A stretch of DNA of 64,000 nt from Antedon mediterranea (Eukaryota; Animalia; Echinodermata), in assembly GCF_964355755.1 (NCBI RefSeq), contig NC_092673.1, positions 5,084,001-5,148,000 on the forward strand, given 5' to 3'. The notes below the pieces were generated by a model that saw only the letters and a list, made by a program, of their open reading frames with translations, did no database searches and was not told the origin of the DNA. Shown here piece by piece: positions 1-13,552 of the stretch (the first letter of the stretch is position 1; each line of letters starts with the position of its first letter). A program made the translations under genes and the position numbers.

Positions 1-3000
1 ATTAAACACATCTTATGAAAGACGAAAAAAATAAATTACAAACACTTTAATATGACGGAAGTTGGTAACAACTGTTTATTTTTCTGAATTCATAATGCTG
101 TGTCAATTTATTTAATTTCACTAAGTAATCTATGTTTTAATAGGCCTACAGCTATTCGATACAACAACATACTCTGTTATAAAACAAAAACGCGGTCTAT
201 ACATTGAGGATTATCATACTAATAAATACAACAGCAGTATTCTTTCTTTTCAAAGCGGTAATTGATTTGGCTCATATTTTTAGTAGACGGATATTGCTAT
301 TTAAAGGGAAATAATAAACAGAAGATAATGTTTTGTCTTTTAAATTACTTCTCTTTTAACATATTTATTAAAAACCTCAAAGTCCGCCGACTAATATTAT
401 TCAATCGTAAAACGCCTTAACATTTGGCGATACACGCATGCGTAAAAGTAATAGCCAATGAGGTTGTTAGTTGCAAAAGTGCCGAGACCTTCTTGTCAAG
501 ACGAAACTTTTAGTAGGCAATGTGTGTGGTACAATCAATCAGTTATATGTTTGCAAAATTCATTTATAATTCTTTTTTTAAATTTAATTAAATAATACAT
601 ATTTAATAATTAGATAATTGTTATGTGTACATTCTCATGGTTGAGATAGTTATATAAGTTGTTTGAATGTAACGGTTACCAATTCTTTTAAAAGGCCTAA
701 TTGGTGCAATAAGCTTTCAAAAAATGTTTTCTTGTGGCATCTAAGATATCAATTCTGTCCACACTACTTGTTCTGTTCTCTCGTGAAAAATGCCAGAGAT
801 GGCCTGTCTTTCTTTTTAATCGTTTGGACACCATTGGAGATAACGTTTAACCTTTAACCTTTACACTTTGAGCTTTCTGTGGTATTTTAAACCTTATTTC
901 ATTGTATTCGTTTTATAAATTTTCCCTTCTAATTTATTTTATGTGTATATGATTCCAAAATCAAACAATTAATCGTCGATGTTCAGGCACAAATTTTATG
1001 TTTTCGATTTGTATATACAAAACCGGTAACACGAATCTTTTTAATTAATAATATATCGTTACATATTCATTCTAATTTTTTATCTTCAGAACCCCCAAAA
1101 GAACAGTAAATCAGTTTCATGTGCCTCAAATGAATTACTTTTTAAAGAATTTGTTTTGAGTAATTGGTGGGTTAGATAACAGCACTACAAAGTGACCGAA
1201 TCTGCTGTACCCATTTACTATTAAAGTACCCTATTGTACTAATACTTGTGTTGTCAATTGGGGATCAACTAGTTACTAATTGGTTGAATTGTCAGCGCTA
1301 TTCACCGAGACTACCGAAAAGACTCGAATTAATTGCTGCAATGTGCGGGACAAATGCGTTTCGGCCCGGCTGAAGAGTATTGTTCTAATCGGCTTTACCA
1401 ATTATCAAGTTAGAGCCTATGAGAATTGTTGCTCACTTACATGCCATCACCGCGGCATCGTTTTTGATACCGATAGGGACAATCCGATTTTTTAGGATTT
1501 AATTTTGCATTTAAACTGGTTTTGATTATTATTTAAAGACTTTGTGTTTGTTGTACCTTCTATTTATAATGAATACTTTGTGGAAGCAATTTGGCGATGT
1601 TTTTTTAGTCTTACACAGCTTTGTTCAGAAGTTGGGGATTGTTTTGTTTAAACGGTTTTAAAAAAAGCAAGTAAAATATACTTTGATTGGTCAGATATTT
1701 GCTCTACTTTCTGAGAATACGAAAGTTCTCCAGATCACTAGCCTGATCAATAGCAAACTATTCTTAAATCCGTCTTTTTTGTGTGAATGATTGTAAATTA
1801 TATTAGGCCTACAATAATTTAATCAATTTGTCCTAAATGTGACGTGGTAAGTATGCGTAGGCCTACTAACTCGGTGTTTTCAAATGAGCGCGTTAAGTTG
1901 TCTATTCGCGGCGGCGCGCAGTTTAACGCAAAGCTTACTATTTAAACAGTAACTTATATACAGTTGATGGTTATGTTGAATAATTGTGCACCGTATCGCA
2001 AATAAGGCATGCGCGTATAACGCAAAACTTAAGTTTATTACAGATGGCGCTATAACAAATAAAAAAGCTTATCAAATTAAGTATGCTTAAATTTAGTAAC
2101 AAACGTATTTGGTTACTATACCACTATCATCTGCTTTTAGATATTTCTGCTCCCCGTTGAGGAATTAGCCAATTGGAAACAACAATTTCATAACAAGAAA
2201 AGAATTTAAAAACGATTTCAACCTCGTTACTTAGTCCTGCCATGTTCATAGCCCGACACTTCTCTTGCAATTCAACCGGCACATTCCAACCCAACGGGCA
2301 GTCCTAACTTCCAGGCCCTAAGATACAGTACTGTTGATGCTACAATCCGCTACAGTCACACTGTTACAATTATAGAGGCGCACGGTCTCGTTGTGGGGAC
2401 CAAATCCTGCTGAGAGGCTAATGGCATGAGAAATTAGACCCGTCGAGAAGGCTTGTTCGGTGATCTTTCAACTCATCGCCAAACAGCTCTGACGGCTTGG
2501 ATCTCCAGCGAAGTTCCAATGGTGAAATACTGATTCTAGCGGAGAAATGGCTGTAAAATATGCCGTGTTATGAACGAGGACAAGACACTGTTTCGTTTAT
2601 AACTGTTTTGGCTTGCATACGAATTAATTGCACTGCAGGCAACCACTTTTGGCTAGTTCATGCCAATTGAGAAGTTGATCTATAGTTCTGTTATAATACA
2701 TTTTAGCTATGAGTGTTTTCTTCATAGCCTGATTAAACACTGATACAAATCAATTTCCAACTGGGTACTTGGGTCAGTATAGATTTCATGCTCTTGCTGC
2801 GAAACGTGATCATCCATAAATTGCCAATAAAGAACTACAAATACCACAAACAACCAGCTTTAATAAATACAATGCTGTAACAATACATTAACATTTTTTA
2901 GATACGATTGATTAATGTTTAATACACAAAAATATAATATTACTTTAATGACAGATTTAAGAATGTTCGTTATATTAATAACTTGGAATTTGATCTGATC

Positions 3001-5067
3001 TGATCAATCGTTGGACATTGCAAACCGAAACACTGAATTAAGAAATCAAATTATAAGAAATGGAAACAACTCTAAAAAACAACATCTTTCAAGTACCAAA
3101 TTGAGGTATCTTCTCCAGAAAATAAGAGAAGATCAACTATTTTAAAGTACAAACAATATAAGACATTATGATGATAAGTTAAGTGTATTAAATTCAATTC
3201 AAAGTACGATTTATGTTTCGTATCTCAGTAAAAAAACAGATTAACCAAATTGAGAGGGCGAAATCCCAAAAAGAGAAAGCTTGAGATGATGTTTGCCCAA
3301 AAACAGAAACATTGTACAAAAATGTACACTAAAGCACAGTAGAACAAAAAAGACGAGGAGAACAGACGAGAACGAACGAAAAACAAAAACACACAGCAAA
3401 AAAAAATGCAACAGGCTCAGAGATCCATGCTCATAGGTCATTGAAAGAGAAGAAACATTCCGTCCGCTACTGAATTAGGGTCTAAAAAAACTATAATAGC
3501 CAAACAAATGTCTTACTTGTAAAAAGGTATCTGTTCAACTTGAAAATATATAGGTCTAATTTACAAGAATAGACGTTTTTGTTTTTGCAACTATTAAAAT
3601 TCTAGATTATACAAGTTATCTATTCTATAGGGAGGAGTAAAAGCCGATAGGCCTAGTAACAGACGGAATGTAAATCATACGATCTTGATCGCCAACTCAT
3701 CAACTTCAAATTAAAATATTCATTTTAAATTATCTGCTAATTGTCAACAAGAAGCAATTAAATGTTAATGCTTTGAGAAATAAGCGCCATAACATTAATT
3801 ATACAATAGTCGACCGTATCATGCAACATTAATATGACACTATCAAACAATCTACCACTCATAATTCAACTGATATCTAATCGTTGTCAGTTGAATTCAC
3901 GGAGCCAAACTTCATCTAAATCGATTAGGGAATAACATTTTAGTGGTCCCATGTTACCGCCTATGTATTGTTTGTACGCACCGAGAAGCGTAGCAAAACG
4001 TCGGGAAAATGCGAGTTGAAATTGGTATAGTTTTGTTCTTGTCTTTGTTAGCAATCGTAATCGCAACTTCAAAAGACGAACGTGTATTGTACAGTATGCT
4101 AACAACCTAATTTAACATCAATTATCGAATCAGTCTTGCGTATGCCCACGAGACCGTCGGTTATCAGAGATGTAGAAGTAATTGAAGTGGAGTCGGCTAG
4201 TTCTAGAACGAAATAGTATTTTACTCAAATCATCATAACTCTATGATAAACGTCACTTATTGTGGATTCAATTTAAAAGACATTTTTGTTTTGTGCAGTT
4301 ACATCGCTATGTTATCTTCCGTTATATCTTTATGTACTTAAAACATGTTGGTGGCGCTCTATAGGTTTCTAAACGGTACTCCTCTATTTCAAAATATCAA
4401 TTAAAAAACAATGGTTATTATACTCCTCCTTGGTTAGTAAGACATCATAATCTGCAGTGCCCTAACATCAATCGAGGAATAGTAGTTATTATACGATATT
4501 GTATTCATCTATCTCATGGTACATTCTCGTTGTTACAAAATCAGGAATAGACCTACTCATAATATGCGCCAATGACAACTTCTAATTACGAACGCGCGCG
4601 TACAAACATTGATAATTGGGACTAATGCCACACGCACATCGTGATGTCACTATAGCCGTAAATTAATTTTAATGAATCTGAACGAATTAACGATTGCAAA
4701 CTATCTAGAATACCGTAATTATTGAGTGGCGTATTAATTTCATATTTCTATTATACTGGTAATAGTATAGCCGAATGATAATATGCTAAATGAAGTATAT
4801 CATACTTAAATTTATTATGATTTATCTAGCATACGGTTTCATAAACTGTTAATGCCAGTTAATGGTGGATTAACGTTTTGCTTAAAGTGATATTATCTCG
4901 AGTGCCTCGTAACCCAGTGGGCAAAGGTATAGCTTTTCACAAACCAATCAAAATGATATCAATCAGAATGATTACGTTTACCGAAAGGATTATACAGCAT
5001 TTCTACCAATTGTATTAATAATTAATTATCAAAATCAATGACGTCATCGTCATACTTTTAATAATCT

Positions 5068-5225
5068 GTTATCAAGACACACGCTGATTACTAACTGCAT
5101 TATGGGAGTATGTTTCCATACGTTTTTGATCCCAAAAAATGACTGGGGTAATAAATGTTCAGCGCTTAGAGGTTTCACAACATTTATAGGCGCTATATAA
5201 ATCCAGGATATTATTATCATTATAA
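5068..5225 (+). mobile_element. 3' fragment of tRNA-derived SINE family (same family as 20127-20434 and 54403-54703)
   Basis: Shares gcattatgggagtatgtttccatac...tttgatcccaaaaa...gcgctatataaatcc and the (TTA)n tail with the two fuller copies. Confidence 0.7.
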
Positions 5226-6656
5226 TCATGATCAAGGTCATGATCAAGATCACAAAATTATCTCTGTTGACGTCATTATCGAACTGGATGTTTCGATGTG
5301 ACGTCATTATTTATGGGAATACACAAATAATAATTTGTTTAGCAAAAAACGCAATGATTATCCGGCTCCTGGCTGGGTATTTAAATTGAGTTTACTTTTT
5401 GCCAATTTGTAGGCTATACATTGTTATTTTGAAAACGTATTGTAAGTACAAACAAATAAAGTTAGGCCTATGTGTCAGATACGGTACGATGCATTTCGAA
5501 GCCATATTATTGCGCCTCAAGAATGTGCCCTAGGAGTGCGATGGGCCGTGTGTTAAGACCAGCAGCTGATTCTCAGTACTGTGTCTATTTACCGAAGTAT
5601 TATAGGAATATTTGGTAATGTTTCACATGTATTTAGTAGTAACCTAACCTTTAACCTAACTTTACACGATACAGGCATCACATGTGATATAAATGAGATG
5701 CTGTATTACAAATATTCCCAAGAAACTCGGAAATAGATAGTACTTTATGTGGAAATACACCAATGAGAATCGTTGGTTTCACGTCCATTCTTATAGTTGC
5801 GTTGTTGTTTCCAATTATAGCAGTATGTCTCTTGTACTTTTACAACCAACAAAAATAAACCAAACTCTAATTTGTTTCTTCAGTTATTAATTGGCCTTAA
5901 TCGTTTTCAAATTACGTTGCCTTTTGTATTACTTATTATTCCACTTCATCAGCGATATTACTCTAAACTATCTGTTCATCTTTATGTCTATTTAATGGTA
6001 TCTTTATATAGATCACAAATGGTCAAATTTAATTTAAAACCTTCATTATTCTGTTACCAATATACGTAATTAGTTTGTAATGCATCGGTTAGTATCTTCC
6101 AATTATTCATCATTGTACACAATGACTTATTGATGTTTAAAATATTGTATCGTTTTTTTATAATCATCTTTATGTCCAATCATTTTTAAAGTGCGTCGCC
6201 AATTAAATAGCAATAAAACTGTAATATAGTTTTGCTCCAAATATAATAAAGTCAATTTCCTTAAAAAATGATCTATAACTTATCAACAAGCTAATGGCAA
6301 AATATAGAGGCTTAACTGGTTGTCCCAACAGGCTGAAATGCATTTTGTTCGAACAATATACATTATACCCAAGCATATCAGGCAAAATTCAGAGAAACAT
6401 CGTACGGAAAAATCAACAATTTTGGGAGCTACCCTTAATTATACTTCAAATGGAAAAAATTAGGGCGCTAATGCTCTTGGCAATGAGGTATGTGACCATT
6501 GAAATTGGGATAGAAGCGTTTTCGGGTTAGAATTGTGCCTAAAAGACAATTTTCACAAATGTATCCTTGTAGCATTATTGATAGAATTGTTTATACTGTA
6601 TGAGTCACCGCATCCATAATTATACTTAACATAAAACTTTAATATCTAAGGTTACA

Positions 6657-8165
6657 TTGATGATGATAATAATGATGATGATGATGATGCTGATATTGAT
6701 GATGATGATGATGATTTCGACGATGATTGATGATGATGATGATGTCGACGATGATATTGATGATGATGATGATGATGATGTCGACGATGATATTGATGAT
6801 CATGGTGGTGATGATGTCGACGATGATATTGATGATGATGATGATGATGATGATGGTGATGATGTCGACGATGATATTGATGATGATGATGATGATGGTG
6901 ATGTCGACGATGATATTGATGATGGTGATGATGTCGACGATGATATTGATGATGATGATTGTGATGATGTCGACGATGATATTGATGATGATGATGATGA
7001 TGATGTCGACGATGATATTGATGATGATGATTGTGATGATGTCGACGATGATATTGATAATGATGATTGTGATGATGTCGACGATGATATTGATGATGAT
7101 GATGATGTCGACGATAATATTGATGATGATGATTGTGATGATGTCGACGATGATATTGATGATGATGATGATGATGTCGACGATGATATTGATGATGATA
7201 ATTGTGATGATGTCGACGATGATATTGATGATGATGTCGACGATGATATTGATGATAATGTCGACGATGATATTGATGATGATGATTGTGATGATGTCGA
7301 CGATGATATTGATGATGATGATGATGTCGACGATGATATTGATGATGATGATTGTGATGATGTCGACGATGATATTGATGATGATGATGTCGACGATGAT
7401 ATTGATGATGATGTCGACGATGATATTGATGATGATGATGTCGACGATGATATTGATGATGATGATGATGTCGACGATAATATTGATGATGATGATTGTG
7501 ATGATGTCGAGATGATGATGTCGACGATGATATTGATGATGATGATTGTGATGATGTCGACGATGATATTGATGATAATGATGATGATGTCGACGACGAT
7601 ATTGATGATGATGATGATGATGATGTCGACGATGATATTGATGATGATGATTGTGATGATGTCGACGATGATATTGATTATGATGATTGTGATGATGTCG
7701 ACGATGTCGACGACGATGATGATGCTCATGAGATAATGATGATACGATGATAATACAATGATGATGTCGACGATGATGATGATGATGACGACGATGACGA
7801 CGATGATGTTGATGATGATGATGTCAACGATGATGTTGATGATGATGATGTCGACGATAATGTTGATGATGATGTCGACGATAATGTTGATGATGATGAT
7901 GATGATGATGATAATGATGATGATGATGATGATAATCATGATACGATGATGATACGATGATGATGTCGACGATGATGTCGATAATGATGTTGTCGATAAT
8001 GATGATGTCGATGATGGATGATGATGATATTGATGATGGTGATAATGATGGGTGATAATGATGGATGATAATGATGATGATCATGATGATATTGATAATG
8101 GTATTGATGATGATGATGATTATGATAGTGTCGACGATGAAATTGATGATGATATTAATGACAGT
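6657..8165. repeat. Compound (GAT)n microsatellite with higher-order unit GATGATGTCGACGATGATATT(GAT)n(+/-TGT)
   Basis: Directly visible; produces the poly-D/poly-M/poly-S/I ORFs in several frames; degenerates toward the 3' end. Confidence 0.95.
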
Positions 8166-10916
8166 TAACGATAGTGTTGTTAAGGAGAAGATAAGGATCA
8201 ACAAGATTTTAAAATAATTGAGAATAGTTAATGAAAACTGCTCAGCAATACTACTTATTATACCATAAGTCGATTTAATAATATACGGGTATACTGCCAT
8301 TTGTCTTACAAAATCATTCACTTAACACAAATACTGTTTTCATGTTTCTCCGATTACTTACGACGTGAAACCAAATTGATGCATGCAATTAATCTATATA
8401 GACATCAGTTTTGTAGGTAATTGCCTTTAAAATTAAATAAATAAAACATTATCGGATATATACAGTGCATCATTAAAATTCATTAATCGGGCGAAGATGA
8501 GAATTTGATAAAACCGTTGATTAATTTTGAGCGATATTAAATAATCTAAATGCATGGTTCTTAACTTTTTGCTATAATGGATTATAACGCTTATTAATAA
8601 TTGATAATGAATAAATTGTGATGGCGCTCGTCAGGTCACTGGTCGAATCTGCCCAGAGACACGCGTGTTGTTGTATAATGTTGTAAATTGGGCACAAAAG
8701 GCAATATCAACTGGCAAACTTAGGCGGCCAAGGAAAAAACATTTGTTATTTTCGAAAGAGAAGAGTCGGGTATTAATCATTCATTAGTCGCATGCAAACT
8801 CGACTCTACAGCTCACTATGTCGGTCGGTTGGTCGGTCGGTAAACACTAACTGAAATTTAAGCACGCGACTGCAGCCATGTATATGGCCTTGTTATAACA
8901 ACATCAGACTCTTGACTATATAAATAAATGTATCAGACAATCAAATAAGAGCAAGTCAGACATTAAATCTAATCTACAAACGTAGATGTACATCTAAATG
9001 GAAAAATTGAAATTGTAAGGATCAAATTCTAATTGATAAGCGAATGTTTAATTTGTTCATAGATCGACAACGTAATTATTTGAGTATTGTTACAGAGTCT
9101 TTTTTTGTTAACTTAACTGAGATTAAAAGCTATAATAAGCTATATTATAAATTAATTATTAATCTTGTAAGTAGAATAAGTGTTTGGCTGAAGCATCTTC
9201 TAAAAATAATAAGTATTTCTCAACAAACAAATGACTCCAATTAATTAATCAGTCGCTATGATCTACACTTTTAATTAGAATATTTGTCAATCAAAAACAC
9301 ATAAATACTACATCAAATGGTATTATAACAATCGAATCAAATTGTTATTAACATCTAGAAAGCACATGCATATACAAACAACAGGCCGATCCCGAGGACT
9401 CTAACCAGTCGCGTCGCGCACTGTTGACCAGGCGCCAACCACACGCCAACCACACAACAAGGAACACGTATGGAATGAAAAAATAAACCATACTTGATAA
9501 AAATCTAATATAATTACTTAAAATTAATTGCAATTAAGAAATGAATGCATGCGTTATCTTAAAGATGAATAGTCCGCTAACGTATTATTTTAATTGCTCA
9601 GAGGCGTCCCATACGGATGACCGGTAACATCAAGCATTCACCTCGAGCGTTTTGAAGTATCGTAATTCCAGCCCATTTCCGTCACTTTGGTAAATTGTAT
9701 TAAAATCTTATCAAACTATAGGCTAATTAATGTTACAACAATGATTTTATAAGCCGTTAACATTAACCGTTTTATTGATAGGCCAGATCTCAGTACTACG
9801 CGTAAATTGGTGGTATGCACTCTTGACGTCACAACGGCGGTGAATTTGGATTGATACTTCTGCAGGTGTATGGGGAGGTAATCCATAGATAGTTGTTGTA
9901 ATCAGTTGAAGATGGTGAGGTTTGATTTAGCCTACCAATTATACTATCTGTAAGCCTAAAAAATACAAAAAAAACGCCTACCGTATTGTATTAAGGAATC
10001 TAATCAGTTTTAGGCCTATGAAATTTCTTCCAACGACGTCGTTTAGGTCTACAAACCAAAATATGGCCTATGGTCAGTCACCTGTGTTCGTGACGTAATT
10101 TACGTAACAAAGTGGTCTAGTTCGAACAACGCCCTCAATGATTTGAATATCATTATTGTTCCATGTAGGTAAACATTTTTATGTCACCTTTATTTCATCT
10201 CACCCTCCCCTTATTCCATTTCTCCACCCTCAACTTTGATTATATCAGTAGCAGACGAGAACATAAACAATATTTGACCATGAAACTTAATGATGTAATG
10301 ATTGTAGATTTAATAATTCTCCTTAGAGATTTTTTTGTTAAAGAACACAAAGTTTACATTTTACAGCGTGAAAAGAAAATCCTCTTAATACATCTCTAAA
10401 TTATCGCTTTGCCTTCTTCATCTAAGAACTAGAAATATTACTTAGAATAATCACACAAATTTGTGTCTACATCAAAGTAATCAACTCAAGCAAATACCAA
10501 TCAGTATTGGCGCGAAATAATTATCATTAAACCGTGAACAATAAAGGCAAGTTTACCGCCAAACCTTGGGTATTTTATTAACCCATATAATGCCGACTAT
10601 AATCTCGCACGCATGATTTAAAAGCACCACTTTGCTAGAGGACACTACGCGCCACTTTTCGTTATTAATTTGAGCAGGCGATATTATGACGGAAAAAGCG
10701 TGAATGGCAGAAAACACAACGAATTATTTCCTCATCCACCTGTTTACTAATTCGTTAAGCAGTATTATTAATTTCAATTACTGCAATTTTTTTTTCTCAT
10801 ATTCAAATGTGCTGATGACAAAACCTTCACAAAAATTGGTTTCTATGGTTGTGCGCATTTCGTGCGAAAGTACGCAACAGCCGTATACATTAACCAGATG
10901 AAGCAAAACGCGTTAA

Positions 10917-11105
10917 AGGCGAATTTACACAGACGAGAGGTAACGGTAAGCGGAAAACCACGTAGCTTGTGTCCCACGTAGAATCTGTATCTATCCTCAG
11001 CGGAAACCACCCGTCCGCTCCGTGTTGTGTGTAAATGGCCATAAGTAACACATAGATTCTATATTTTTATTACCGTTACCGCTTGTCTGTTTCTAAATTG
11101 GTCTT
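10917..11105. mobile_element. MITE, TIR AGGCCAATTTACACAGACGAG family (PIF/Harbinger-like)
   Basis: Inverted termini; related copies at 21517-21647, 25011-25203 and a partial at ~20932-20968; TAA/TTA flanks. Confidence 0.7.
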
Positions 11106-11502
11106 CAATCTATATACGTTTCACTCCACCCGACCCACCAATCCTAAATTTGCACAACAATAATGAAGATCAACATCACGATTACGTACCAACTAAAATC
11201 TATTCCCCACTGCATCCTGTGTTGGTGACAAAGTAAATTATTTCACCATTAATTATCATCTCATCATCACTTGGATTATACATCAATATCCACTAATTGT
11301 TTCAACTGTGATAAGCTCCTTATCCAAAAGAAATTCTAACTCGTTTGAAAATTACAAATTATTTCTTAATTAACATTCATTAAACCTAAGTGTAAGTGTA
11401 TGATCATGATAATGGCTATTCAGTGTTCTTCTTTACAGGACACGAAAGAGCACCGATTCCACGTTCCAATAAATCTGGAGGATATTGCGTTAAAAATGTT
11501 GA

Positions 11503-11643
11503 TCTCTGTCTACACTATCAAACAAGTGATGTGCCTAATAGGGAAGTGATATGCTTAAATATAGTAGTGACATCATCATGTCCATATTATATGGGCACAT
11601 CACATTTTGTTGTCACATAAAGTTTGATAGTGTAGACAGAGCT
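11503..11643. mobile_element. MITE, TIR AGCTCTGTCTACACTATCAAAC family (PIF/Harbinger-like)
   Basis: Palindromic ~140-bp element; other copies at ~12125-12217, 32013-32139, 32449-32621, 39051-39187, 40403-40689, 46415-46560, 58361-58500, 63030-63158. Confidence 0.8.
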
Positions 11644-13552
11644 TTATGCACGGAAGCTGAGAAACTCAAATGGGGATATGGAAACTTGGTATTTAGCATC
11701 ATAACGCCCCCCCCCCCCCCCCCATCCTAAACTGCTGAAAATAATAAGAAAAAAAAGAATTTAAGTTTATTGAATTGAAGTGCACTTTGAATGGAGATTC
11801 AAATTAATTTGAGATGGTGTTATAAGGGTGAGTACGGAAACACCACTGATATGGTAGATGTCTGGGTTCAAGTTTTGTCTTAATATTAGGAAAAAGATAA
11901 ATATTTTTGCACATATGGCGTTTCATAAGTATGCTACATGAGCTTGGATTTTCAGACAAAAATCAAAATTTTAAAAAATAAATAAAAAAGATAATGAATA
12001 CAGACTTGGGGCAAGTCTGATATCATAGGTACCGTACATACAAGGAGAGTAAGATTACTGGTACTATAAGAACTTAGATCAGGAAGTACAGGCAACTAAG
12101 ATTTTTCTCTACTCTTTAAAGGTCCATCAAACGTTCGGTGACAAAAAATATAATGTGCCCATATATGGGCGTGATGACATCATACAACTACCATAGTTTG
12201 ATAGTGTAGACAGAGCTTAAGACAAAGAGATCAGATCATCTGTGTATCTACGCTCAATGTACAATACATACACATGCCTTCGATTCCGCCGGAAAATTTA
12301 TCAGTCAGTGTTTTCATTTTCTAAATTAGTTATAGCTACTAACGTTCCTTTAGGCGAGTTGAAATGTGTTATCAAATGGGCGTTGAATCTTTTAATCTTA
12401 AGAAATTAAGAAAGATGAAAGAGCTGTGTGCTTATTAAAAACCAATCAAAGAATATGAGGTTAATACATCAGTAGTCGTAGATTTATCAAACGTCATAAC
12501 ATGTCTAAGAATAATAATTTATTATTGATACGCGAATGACATAATATTAAGGTATCAGTGTCATGCTAATTGATGTTTTATATCACACTACATTTGTATA
12601 GTGTGTCTTGGTCTATATTATTGTTAAACTTTATATCAGATTTCTCCATACAGCAGTATATATAAAAATATAAAAAGTAGCAAAACATTCAAACCATATA
12701 GATATAAAAATGTCATAACAAAATAATGGGCAGCACGAAAAAACAAACTAAAACGCAAGGTCATTAAGGTTACTTAAATACAAGATCCGTTGTCCCCCAA
12801 CATATGAAAAATAAAGATGAAAAAAAACAGATTTTTTTTAGGACAATAGGCCTAAACTATATTTATTTTATTTATTTATTCTGTTGATCAAGTGGATCGA
12901 TTTTCTTATCGTAGAAAATCTAGTCTTATATATACAAAAATGGTTTGTGAACATAAAATCTGTACTTTTTTTTACTAAAAGTACTTTTTATCTGAATAGA
13001 TTTCCATTATTTTTGGACGTTTGGAATGCATTTTTAAGATTTTTTAATCAGGGGAGAAAACCATATACAGCAACCGTAGTCATGATGACATTGAATAAGT
13101 AAGGAGGCAAGTAATTTTAGAGATTGTGGCGTTGGATATTTTCTATTTCTGAAGAAAATTTAAGTCTTCCATAGAACCTACATATGAGTTTTATATCAGT
13201 GGTTTTGTCACTTTGGTGTTGATCGAGATCAAGACCAAAATATCTTAAGGATGTTTTGGGATTAATTTTTTAAAAATTATTTATTACAACCTCTGTACTG
13301 TTTGAAAATTGTATCAATATATTTGAAAAAAAAAAAACAAATAACAACAAACTGTTTCAATACTTTGTTCAATATGTTATTTAAAAATCAAAGTAATATA
13401 ATTAGATGCATGAATTCATTAGTTATTTAAAAATTACAAAATAGCACACCGGCTTATTTAAATTAGCGTAATATTAATGGCTACTACAATGTTATATAAG
13501 GTTTTATTTGTATACACTACAATAATTAAAATAAATGTTATTAAAATAACTG

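Noticed and set aside
2200-2650. GC-richer stretch with a Cys/Trp peptide (DCPLGWNVPVELQEKC) on the minus strand
   Set aside because: In-frame stops upstream, no convincing exon boundaries, no family I can recognise.
6657-8321. Overlapping poly-D, poly-M and poly-S/I/H ORFs as genes
   Set aside because: Open in several frames on both strands because of the GAT repeat; internal frameshift; no splice or domain evidence.
1-13500. Short ORFs (60-85 aa) in the AT-rich region
   Set aside because: No domains, codon bias or exon chains; probably intergenic or regulatory DNA.
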